A DNA stretch of 32,000 bases from a bacterium (lineage in GTDB: Bacteria > UBP7 > UBA6624 > JBBIMK01): the NCBI GenBank assembly GCA_037444445.1, contig JBBIMK010000006.1, positions 54,267-86,266 of the forward strand, read 5' to 3'. Below are positions 15,326-22,636 of the stretch, piece by piece. The stretch's first letter is position 1, and every line of letters begins with the position of its first letter. Both the position numbers and the translations under genes were made by a program. Under the pieces are notes generated by a model. It saw only the letters and a program-made list of their open reading frames with translations. It did no database searches and was not told where the DNA came from.

Positions 15326-15354
15326 ATTGTAACTGATAGAAAGCAAAAAGTCAA
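15326..15354 (-). promoter_or_regulatory. Sigma70-type promoter of the R-M/defence operon
   Basis: On the - strand: TTGACT (15354-15349), 17-nt spacer, TACAAT (15331-15326). This sits about 30 nt upstream of the GGAGG/ATG 15292 start. Confidence 0.6.
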
Positions 15355-15414
15355 GGGCTTATTAGATAAGTAATGATTATTTAACTTTTATTATGAAAAC
15401 ATAAATACCGGGGG

Positions 15415-18120
15415 TCAGGGCTTGAGGAGGGCTTTGAGTTCCTCCAGTTTTTTGCCGAAGGTTGCGAAGTCGCCTCGCTTAAACGCTTCCTCCAGTTCTT
15501 GAAAAACTCTCCAGGCTTCGGCAGGCTTTTCTGCCATCACAGGGGCTTTTTCCTCTGCCATCGCTTCCCTGCCGGTTAAAAGGCTTATGGCTTCCCTCAG
15601 GTTCGCACCCATCACTACTTTCTGCCCGTCGGAAAGCAGAACCCTTTTCAATTCTGGGATTTTGCCTTCCTCCGCTTGAATATATAAAGGCTCAGCGTAA
15701 AGAAGGGAGCCGTCTATGGGAAGGACGAGAAGATTGCCCCGAATCACAGAGGAACCCCGCTGGCTCCAGAGAGTGAGTTCTCTGGAGATGACCGGGTCCT
15801 GGTCAATCCGCGCCTCCACCTGCATAGGACCGTAGATAAGGGCTTCTTTGGAGAACTTAAACAGAGCCAACCGGCCGTAGTGAGCCGGGTCGTTTGAGGC
15901 ATACAGCCAGCCAATCAAGTTGTCGCGATTTAAAGGGGTGAACGGGAGCATCAGGAGGAACTCCGGGCTTTCCAGCCCCGGTGGGCGAACCATCACATAA
16001 TAGGCTTCTACTGCCCGGGGGGAGTTTGCAAAAATTTCCCTCGCCCGCGTCCACAGATCCTCCTTATTATAAAATACGCTCACATCCTCCATATGATAAG
16101 TTGCCAGCAATTCGCTCTGGATGTTAAACAATTGAACCGGATAGCGGATATGCCCCTTCAACGCCTGGGGCATCTCGCTCCAGTCCCTGAATACGCCCGG
16201 AAATATCTTTTGATAGGCTTGAAATACAGGCTCCGGCTGAACGGCATAAAAAAACACTGAACCATCGTAGGCATCCACCACCACTTTCACTGGATTCCGA
16301 ATGTAATTCCATTTCAACGCAGGAGCCGGCTGGGCGTAAGGATATAGAGATGTGGAGGTATACGCATCCAGAATCCAGTAAAGGCGTCCATTGGCAATCA
16401 CCAGGTAAGGGTCAGGGTCGTAAGTAAAGTAAGGGAAAAGGGTCCTGACACGCTGGAGGATTTGCCGGCGGAAATGAATCCTGGAATTGCTCTTCACGGC
16501 GGAGGAAAAGAATAGGCGGGCATCGTCAAAATACAGAGCAAACAGGAAGCGGCGAAATGGAGAGCCTATCACCAGCCCATCCTTCCCCTGATATGCGGTA
16601 TACACATTTTCATCCCCTCTGGGGTAATCAAACTCTTCCTCTCTCGTTGCCGTCAGAATATAGGGCAGAGTCAATTCACCGAAATAGATTTCAGGACGCT
16701 GAATGTCAAACACTGGATACCGGCTCTTCGGCGGGATGTCTTGAACGAAGAAATCCGGAAGCCCCTCGGCAAGGATGCGCTCCACCGGGCTGACCACCGC
16801 ACCATACCCATGCGTGAACACCAGGTGCTGATTCACCCAGGTTTGAGCCTTCTGCGGCAGGAGGCGGGAATCCAGTTCCCTCGCCGATAGCATCACCTGC
16901 CTCCATTCACCTTCCACCCGATAGCGGTCAATATCTACATCCAGAAATCGGTAATAAGTTCGAATCTCCTGCAGTTGCCTGTAAGTGTCCATCAGAGGGC
17001 GATAATCCCACAGGCGAATATTTTTTACCGTGCTCTCCTCCTCCAGCTGGATTTCCGGTAGACTCCCAATTTTCACAGGATAAAACGAGGATTGAACTCT
17101 ATCCAGTCCATAGGCTTGACGGGTGGCTTGAATGTGGTTTTTGAGGAAAGGTTCTTCTTTATTTAACTCATCTGGAGTTACGAGGAGGGCCTGGAGGAGA
17201 GCGGGATAAAGCACACCGCCGACGAAGGAAAAAGCCAGCCAGCCACCCCAGCCATAAAACGGCAACAGGAGTTTCTTCCGATAAGGAGCCAGAAAAAATA
17301 GAATTGCCACCAGAACAGCACCCACCTGAAGCAGGCGGAAAACGGGCAGACGCGCATGCACATCCGTCCATCCTGCGCCGTAAAAAATGCCCGAAGGAGA
17401 ATACAAAAGCCCCCAGACGGCTAACTGGTAGCCGAAGGCTTTCCAGAGGAAAAAGACTCCGAGAAAACGGTAAAGGTAGAACCAGCCATGTGGAGAAGTG
17501 AAAGTGAAGAAGCGGGTCAAAAACCTCAGTACACCACTGAGAGCATAATAAACGGCTGAAGCGAGAAATGCGACAATCAGTGGAAACCAGAGGATGTTAT
17601 AAACACTCCGAAGGAAGGGGAGTTGAAATACATAAAACCCTATATCCTTTCCAAAGATAGGGTCCCGATTCTGGAAGGAAACCGGATTCAGAAAGAACAG
17701 GAACTCAAGCCACCGACTGGAAAACGCCAGAGCCACCACAAACGCCACGACTCCCGCTAACGGCCAGTAAACTTTTCGGAATCCTCCTGCCAGAAGGCGG
17801 TGTGGACGGAATCGCTCCCCGGGAAAGTAAACCTCCGTCTCTTCCTCCGGCTCCTTATCCAGTAGAAAAATCTGAAACCGGAAGAATAGCAGGGTCAGAG
17901 AGAACATCAGGAAAAATAGCCCGAAACGCACCAGTATCGGCTTTAACCATAAAGAAAGGTAACCCAGAGAAGAAAACCAGAGATAATCCATATAGGATTG
18001 CAACAAAAGGCTGGAACCCAGGAAGATGAAAAAGAGGACGGCCAGGAGAACCCACAGCATCTTCCACCGTCTACTCCGATACTCTCCCTCTCCGCGTCCG
18101 ACGCTGATTCTGATTCTCAT
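15415..18120 (-). CDS. UPF0182-family large membrane protein
   Basis: About 900 aa. The N-terminal third has multiple hydrophobic helices and 'YLWFSSLGY', which I recognise from UPF0182 proteins. The C-terminal part is a large soluble region. The true start may be the internal Met at 18060. Confidence 0.65.
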   Translation of the reverse strand: MRIRISVGRGEGEYRSRRWKMLWVLLAVLFFIFLGSSLLLQSYMDYLWFSSLGYLSLWLKPILVRFGLFFLMFSLTLLFFRFQIFLLDKEPEEETEVYFPGERFRPHRLLAGGFRKVYWPLAGVVAFVVALAFSSRWLEFLFFLNPVSFQNRDPIFGKDIGFYVFQLPFLRSVYNILWFPLIVAFLASAVYYALSGVLRFLTRFFTFTSPHGWFYLYRFLGVFFLWKAFGYQLAVWGLLYSPSGIFYGAGWTDVHARLPVFRLLQVGAVLVAILFFLAPYRKKLLLPFYGWGGWLAFSFVGGVLYPALLQALLVTPDELNKEEPFLKNHIQATRQAYGLDRVQSSFYPVKIGSLPEIQLEEESTVKNIRLWDYRPLMDTYRQLQEIRTYYRFLDVDIDRYRVEGEWRQVMLSARELDSRLLPQKAQTWVNQHLVFTHGYGAVVSPVERILAEGLPDFFVQDIPPKSRYPVFDIQRPEIYFGELTLPYILTATREEEFDYPRGDENVYTAYQGKDGLVIGSPFRRFLFALYFDDARLFFSSAVKSNSRIHFRRQILQRVRTLFPYFTYDPDPYLVIANGRLYWILDAYTSTSLYPYAQPAPALKWNYIRNPVKVVVDAYDGSVFFYAVQPEPVFQAYQKIFPGVFRDWSEMPQALKGHIRYPVQLFNIQSELLATYHMEDVSVFYNKEDLWTRAREIFANSPRAVEAYYVMVRPPGLESPEFLLMLPFTPLNRDNLIGWLYASNDPAHYGRLALFKFSKEALIYGPMQVEARIDQDPVISRELTLWSQRGSSVIRGNLLVLPIDGSLLYAEPLYIQAEEGKIPELKRVLLSDGQKVVMGANLREAISLLTGREAMAEEKAPVMAEKPAEAWRVFQELEEAFKRGDFATFGKKLEELKALLKP

Positions 18121-18221
18121 ATCAAGTGATGTTCATCTATGAATACCGGGAGGGCTGTTCTCTTCCCGGCAGGAAATAAAACCCATCCCTGTGAATTTTT
18201 CAAACTCAAAAGGGGTAGGAA

Positions 18222-19184
18222 TCACCGGAGCCTGCTCTGAAACACCCGCAGAAAATTTCCGCAAAAAATGTTTTCCACCTCTTCCAATGTAAAACCCCTT
18301 TGAAGAAAGGCATCCCGAAGAATAGGATAACAAGAGGCATCAGGGAGGATAGGATTTTTCGTTCCGTCAAAATCGGAGCCCAGTCCTATTGTGTTCACGC
18401 CCGCGACATTCTTCAGCGCCACTGCGTGGTTCAGGAACTTCTCCATCTTTTCCGGGAGCGAAAGGGGAGGAGATTCGGGTGTGGAAGAGTACACGAAATC
18501 CTGCACGAAAGTGAGCCCGATAACTCCTCCAACGGAAGCCACCGCTTCTGCCTGCCGCTGACCTAAATTCCGAAAACAATCGCACACCTCACGAAAGTTG
18601 GAATGAGAGGCAATGAAGGGCTGATTGGCATATTCCACGACATCCCAGAAACCAGGCTCTGCCAGATGAGACACATCCACCACAATGCCTAACTCCTCAC
18701 ACTCCTGTAAAATCTTCTTTCCCGCCTCCGTCAATCCCGATGGATAATGCCCTACACCCACGCCATCCGCCAACTCATTCCTGTGATTCCAGGTCAGGGT
18801 CAAGCACCGCAAGCCCAGGCGGTAAAAAACTCGCAGGGCTTCCACTTCACCCATCAGAGGCGACCCACCCTCCAGGGAAAGAATCCCCTTCACCACTCCC
18901 TCTTCTGGAATCAGGTCGGAAGAAGTCAAGACAAACTTCAATCTCCCCTCGCTGGCTTCCATCATCTGCCATGCTGATTCAAAGTAGCGGAGAGCGTAGT
19001 AAAAGGCTTCCTTCCCCGACAGAGAAGAAGGAGTATAGATGGCAAGGATTTGAAAGGCTCCCCCCCCTTTCAAAAATCTGGGAATATCCCAGTGCCCCTC
19101 CGTTCCCTCTTTCAGCAGGTCCAATGGGTTCCTTGCCGTCAGCGAATCGCAATGCGCATCAAACACCCAGACTTTCTTTTCCAT
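18222..19184 (-). CDS. Membrane dipeptidase, peptidase family M19
   Basis: 'VFDAHCDSL' (HxD metal site), 'IASHSNFR', 'GLGSDFDG'. Length 320 aa. Confidence 0.85.
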   Translation of the reverse strand: MEKKVWVFDAHCDSLTARNPLDLLKEGTEGHWDIPRFLKGGGAFQILAIYTPSSLSGKEAFYYALRYFESAWQMMEASEGRLKFVLTSSDLIPEEGVVKGILSLEGGSPLMGEVEALRVFYRLGLRCLTLTWNHRNELADGVGVGHYPSGLTEAGKKILQECEELGIVVDVSHLAEPGFWDVVEYANQPFIASHSNFREVCDCFRNLGQRQAEAVASVGGVIGLTFVQDFVYSSTPESPPLSLPEKMEKFLNHAVALKNVAGVNTIGLGSDFDGTKNPILPDASCYPILRDAFLQRGFTLEEVENIFCGNFLRVFQSRLR

Positions 19185-19281
19185 CGCCTACTATCATAAC
19201 ATAAAGAAAAAAAACTCCCAGAATTTCCACAACAGGCGATGATGACTGTTCTATCACGCCCATCTCTCGCTGTTCACACTC

Positions 19282-20085
19282 TTACGACGCTACCACAGAT
19301 TTCTTCCGGAAAAAATAAAGATAGGTCAACATCAGGAAAAGAGCATAAAAAAGGTTATGAGCCATCAGGAGAAGGTATCGCATATCCTGCACCTCACCCG
19401 AGGGAATCAATGCAGATAATCTGGCTGCGCGAAAGCCAAACATAGGGATGTTAATCCGGTCCAGAGATGGCAAAAGATAGTACAATACGGTCAGGATTTT
19501 CTGGAGATACGGCATAGAAGTTGAGATGACCACGAGCACGAGGATGGATGGAGAGAAATAGAATCCTATCCCCAGCAGGAGAGCCGCGATGGGATGCAGG
19601 AAAAGGGTTAAAATCAGCGTGATGGAAAATTCCACCAGCATCACCACAATCAGAAAAACAAAAGGAAGAATGTGGTCGGCTCCGATTTCTTTCCAGGGAA
19701 TATGAAAATTCACGAGGAAATAAACAAAACAAAAAGCCGAGTAGAGGATGAAAAATAAGAAAACACCCAGAATTTTCCCCAGAAAATACTCGGTGCGAGT
19801 GAGAGGCTTGGAAAGGATATTCAGGATATATTTTCTTCGGACATCCGTTTCCACCAGGTATGCCCCCAGGGAAACGGCGATAAAAAGACCAAACAGAAGG
19901 ACGAATAGCAAGAAAATGACGTACCGAATGGGCAATACACCCATCTCCATCGGCTGTCCCGTTTGCCGGGCAACCCGGTTTATCATCACAAAGAAGGAAT
20001 CGCAGCCTTTGGTGAAGAGAAAGAGAGCCAGCAGGAGGGCAAAGGAACGCATTCCTCGCCGCCCCAGGATGCTCTTGAATTCCAC
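19282..20085 (-). CDS. ABC-2-type transporter permease
   Basis: Highly hydrophobic, with about 6 predicted helices. Lies immediately downstream of an ABC ATPase (29-nt gap). Confidence 0.6.
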   Translation of the reverse strand: MEFKSILGRRGMRSFALLLALFLFTKGCDSFFVMINRVARQTGQPMEMGVLPIRYVIFLLFVLLFGLFIAVSLGAYLVETDVRRKYILNILSKPLTRTEYFLGKILGVFLFFILYSAFCFVYFLVNFHIPWKEIGADHILPFVFLIVVMLVEFSITLILTLFLHPIAALLLGIGFYFSPSILVLVVISTSMPYLQKILTVLYYLLPSLDRINIPMFGFRAARLSALIPSGEVQDMRYLLLMAHNLFYALFLMLTYLYFFRKKSVVAS

Positions 20086-20114
20086 ACCCGTGATATTCAG
20101 TATCCCTGAAATGT

Positions 20115-21041
20115 TCAGGGCATTCCCTCCACTGTCTTCACAAAAAGTTCTTCCAGCGTGGTTTTTTCGGGATTGATGGACAGGATTTGTGCGGTTTCAT
20201 CCTCCAGAAGCAAGGAAATCACCGTTTTCTGGCTGTCTTCACCCAGAACAGCAGAATAAGCCTGTTCACTTTCGTTGAAATAAATCTGTGAAAGGTAGGA
20301 AGATAAGCGTTGATGAGTTTCAGTGGTCCCACCCCGAAAAAGGATACGGCAGTTTTCACCCACGCGAAGCAGGTCATGAATCTTTCCCTCCATCACCATC
20401 TCACCATTTCTCAGGATGCCAATGCGGTCGCAGAGAAGCTCCACTTCCGTGAGTAAGTGAGAAGAAAGGAGAATGGTTTTTCCTTCCTCTTTCATCTTTT
20501 TCAAGAGGTCTTTCACTCTTTTGGCGCCAGCGGGGTCCAGCCCCCAGGTGGGTTCATCCAGAATCAGAATCTGCGGGTCGTTCAAGAGAGTATGGGCAAC
20601 CCCCAGCCGTCGCAACAACCCCTTGGATAACATTCCCACCCGCTTATGACGGTGCTCTTCCAGCCCCAGTATGTGTATCAACTCTCCTATCTTCTCCGTT
20701 TTTGACTTTCCCGTATCCGGATAAAACCCGCTGTAAAACCGAAGGGTTTCCTCCACGGTTAGAAAATCGTAGGTGAAGAAAACTTCCGGCAGGAATCCAA
20801 GACGGGCAAGAACCTCGCGGGAACCCGGTGGGCATCCCATCATTTCCGCCTCGCCTGAGGTCGGGGAATAAAATCCCATTAAAATATGAAAAGTGGTCGT
20901 CTTTCCTGCACCATTATGCCCCAGCAAGCCGTAGATTTCCCCTCTAACAGCCTCAAACGAAATCCCTTTCAATGCTTGCGTTTTCCCGAAGGATTTTTTC
21001 AGGTTCCTGACCCGGATGGGAACAGCGTCGCTTCCACTCAT
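20115..21041 (-). CDS. ABC transporter ATP-binding protein
   Basis: Walker A 'GHNGAGKTTT', signature 'LSKGLLRRLGVA', Walker B 'ILILDEPTWGLD'. I prefer ATG 21041, which forms an ATGA overlap with the upstream mini-ORF stop. GTG 21059 is the alternative. Confidence 0.9.
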   Translation of the reverse strand: MSGSDAVPIRVRNLKKSFGKTQALKGISFEAVRGEIYGLLGHNGAGKTTTFHILMGFYSPTSGEAEMMGCPPGSREVLARLGFLPEVFFTYDFLTVEETLRFYSGFYPDTGKSKTEKIGELIHILGLEEHRHKRVGMLSKGLLRRLGVAHTLLNDPQILILDEPTWGLDPAGAKRVKDLLKKMKEEGKTILLSSHLLTEVELLCDRIGILRNGEMVMEGKIHDLLRVGENCRILFRGGTTETHQRLSSYLSQIYFNESEQAYSAVLGEDSQKTVISLLLEDETAQILSINPEKTTLEELFVKTVEGMP

Positions 21042-21202
21042 TTTCCGCGATGCTCCCACCGAATTTGCCCGGATGCCCCCACGACTTTCCTCAACTCATG
21101 GATATCCTGAAGTGCTTTCTGCTTCACGAAGTAATTCAGAGCCGCAACGATAAGGAAGACAGAGAGCCAGAAAAATAGAAAGGAAGATTTCTTACCGTTC
21201 AT
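21038..21202 (-). CDS. Possible 54-aa single-pass membrane mini-protein coupled to the ABC ATPase
   Basis: 'MNGKKSSFLFFWLSVFLIVAALNYFV..' has one clear TM helix. Its TGA stop overlaps the ATPase ATG (ATGA at 21041-21038). Confidence 0.4.
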   Translation of the reverse strand: MNGKKSSFLFFWLSVFLIVAALNYFVKQKALQDIHELRKVVGASGQIRWEHRGK

Positions 21203-21575
21203 GGCAAACCCCTTTCTCAAAGTCCGGGATGTTCGGGATAAAGGAAGAGGATAAGGAGCCGTAAACCCGCTTTCCCTTCTTCAAAATCTCCCCGATAAAA
21301 AGAGGGTGCACCTCCTGAAGCACTATGCAATCCACCATCTGATTAAGAATTTCTTCCAGGTGATTCATAAGAGCGGTTCTCATTTTTTCTATTTCAGAAG
21401 TTGAAAGAGGACGACTCAAAAAAATCCCGAAATTCAGTGGAAAATCAACTTTATCACAATTCTCTCCGAAGAGATATACACACTCAATTTCTTCCCATCG
21501 TGAAAAAAGAGAACTTATTTTATCCTGCATATTCCGTGAGGCTTCGGAAAGGGGAGAACCGGGAGAATCCCGCAT
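21192..21575 (-). CDS. Degenerate MNT-like nucleotidyltransferase-fold protein (catalytic residues apparently lost)
   Basis: 'IECVYLFGENCDKVDFPLNFGIFL...MVDCIVLQEVHPLFIGEILKKGKRVYG' follows the MNT layout (vyLFGS...D.D..v...vDlv.l.....l...i...G..ly), but GS is GE and the DxD is absent. Its ATG lies 1 nt after the TIM-barrel gene stop. Confidence 0.4.
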   Translation of the reverse strand: MRDSPGSPLSEASRNMQDKISSLFSRWEEIECVYLFGENCDKVDFPLNFGIFLSRPLSTSEIEKMRTALMNHLEEILNQMVDCIVLQEVHPLFIGEILKKGKRVYGSLSSSFIPNIPDFEKGVCHER

Positions 21576-21576
21576 G

Positions 21577-22404
21577 CTAAAGTCTCTGATAGGTTTTTTT
21601 CAACAGCACCGCATCTTCTTCCAGATTCGGGCTTTCCACGATGATAACGCCCTGGCAGTTAAATTCCTTCAAGGCTTTCAGAAAATCCTTATAATTGAAA
21701 TCCGATTCTTGCAGGTTCAAATGGTGAAGTTCACCTTTGTCCGAGTAAGCGATGCCAGAAATATGCATGTGAAGGTCAGCGAGGGCTTGCTTGCCCAATC
21801 CCTTCTCCAGAGCGGATAGCATCTGACAAAACTCTTCATAGGAATTCATTTTTCCTCCGGTACGCGCATGATAGTGGGCAATGTCAATGCAGGGAAAAAC
21901 GCCGGGAATCCGCCGGGAAAGTTCAATCAACTCCTGAAAATCGCCGAATTGGGCAGACTTCCCCGTGAGTTCGGGGCGGATTTGAACCCCGTTGCTCTCC
22001 TTTCGCAATTCTTTCACGACGATTTCTACCTGCCCCTGAATGTGCTGGAAGGCTTTCTGTGGAGTCAAGTTACGATAGGTTCCACTGTGAAAAGTAATAC
22101 TACGGGCTCCGTAAACTTTAGCCGCTCGCGCGGTATCCAGAATCATCTCCCTCGCCCCCGATACCTTTTCTTCCGTATCCGCCGTCAGATTGATGTAATA
22201 CGGACCATGTGCCGTCAGAGTAATATCCAGTTTTTTTGCCAGAAGACAGGCTCTCTCCGCCCTCTCCCGACTATACTGTATTCTCCTCACGAACTCCAGT
22301 TCCATGGCATCCAGTCCGAGGCTCCGAAGTGTTTCCAACGCCGAATCCGCTGATTTCCCTTTGGCAACCATCGGAAAGCCACCGGTTCCAAATCGCAATG
22401 CCAT
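21577..22404 (-). CDS. Endonuclease IV-like / AP endonuclease family 2 (xylose-isomerase-like TIM barrel) protein
   Basis: Metal-ligand-like motifs in the Nfo order: 'LTAHGPYYINL', 'ITFHSG', 'IRPELTG', 'CIDIAHYHARTG', 'LHMHISG..HH'. Confidence 0.65.
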   Translation of the reverse strand: MALRFGTGGFPMVAKGKSADSALETLRSLGLDAMELEFVRRIQYSRERAERACLLAKKLDITLTAHGPYYINLTADTEEKVSGAREMILDTARAAKVYGARSITFHSGTYRNLTPQKAFQHIQGQVEIVVKELRKESNGVQIRPELTGKSAQFGDFQELIELSRRIPGVFPCIDIAHYHARTGGKMNSYEEFCQMLSALEKGLGKQALADLHMHISGIAYSDKGELHHLNLQESDFNYKDFLKALKEFNCQGVIIVESPNLEEDAVLLKKTYQRL

Positions 22405-22451
22405 CCCTTTTTTCTTCCCCCTTCTCTTCTATTATATTACATCACTCACTT

Positions 22452-22560
22452 AGATGACATCCTGCTTCTCTTCCCCGAGGAGGCTGTTTTTTCAAAACAA
22501 AAATGTCACATCCTGGCACCGCATCCCCAAAAACGAAAGTAACCGGAATGTGACATCTTC
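22452..22560 (+). promoter_or_regulatory. Three copies of an ATG(T)SACATCYT motif upstream of the S8 protease promoter (candidate operator/activator sites)
   Basis: gATGACATCCTg (22454-22464), ATGTCACATCCTg (22503-22515), ATGTGACATCTTc (22548-22560). ATGTCACAT and ATGTGACAT are reverse complements of each other. The last copy ends 21 nt upstream of the -35. Confidence 0.3.
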
Positions 22561-22580
22561 ACCGACAAATCACAGGAAGG

Positions 22581-22609
22581 TTGAAAAAACTATCCAAAAG
22601 TAGTAGGAT
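22581..22609 (+). promoter_or_regulatory. Candidate promoter of the S8 protease gene
   Basis: TTGAAA (22581-22586), 17-nt spacer, TAGGAT (22604-22609). GGGGAGG RBS before ATG 22637. Confidence 0.4.
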
Positions 22610-22636
22610 TAGTATGAGAATGGGGAGGTAGAGAGA

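Noticed and set aside
15293-15346. The upstream 18-codon extension of hsdM, and the TTG 25672 start of the M6 gene, as given by the ORF track
   Set aside because: In both cases a downstream ATG has a well-spaced GGAGG-type RBS. For hsdM, a promoter also lies within the extension.
18133-18333. 66-aa minus-strand ORF overlapping the 3' end of the dipeptidase gene
   Set aside because: It overlaps the well-supported M19 dipeptidase ORF in another frame, and has no RBS or recognisable motif.
19185-19281. Extended -10-like TGTTATGAT (19193-19201, minus strand) only about 8 nt from the dipeptidase ATG, suggesting a leaderless transcript
   Set aside because: There is no convincing -35, the region is AT-rich, and the gene may instead be co-transcribed with the upstream ABC operon. 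This is too speculative to list as a feature.
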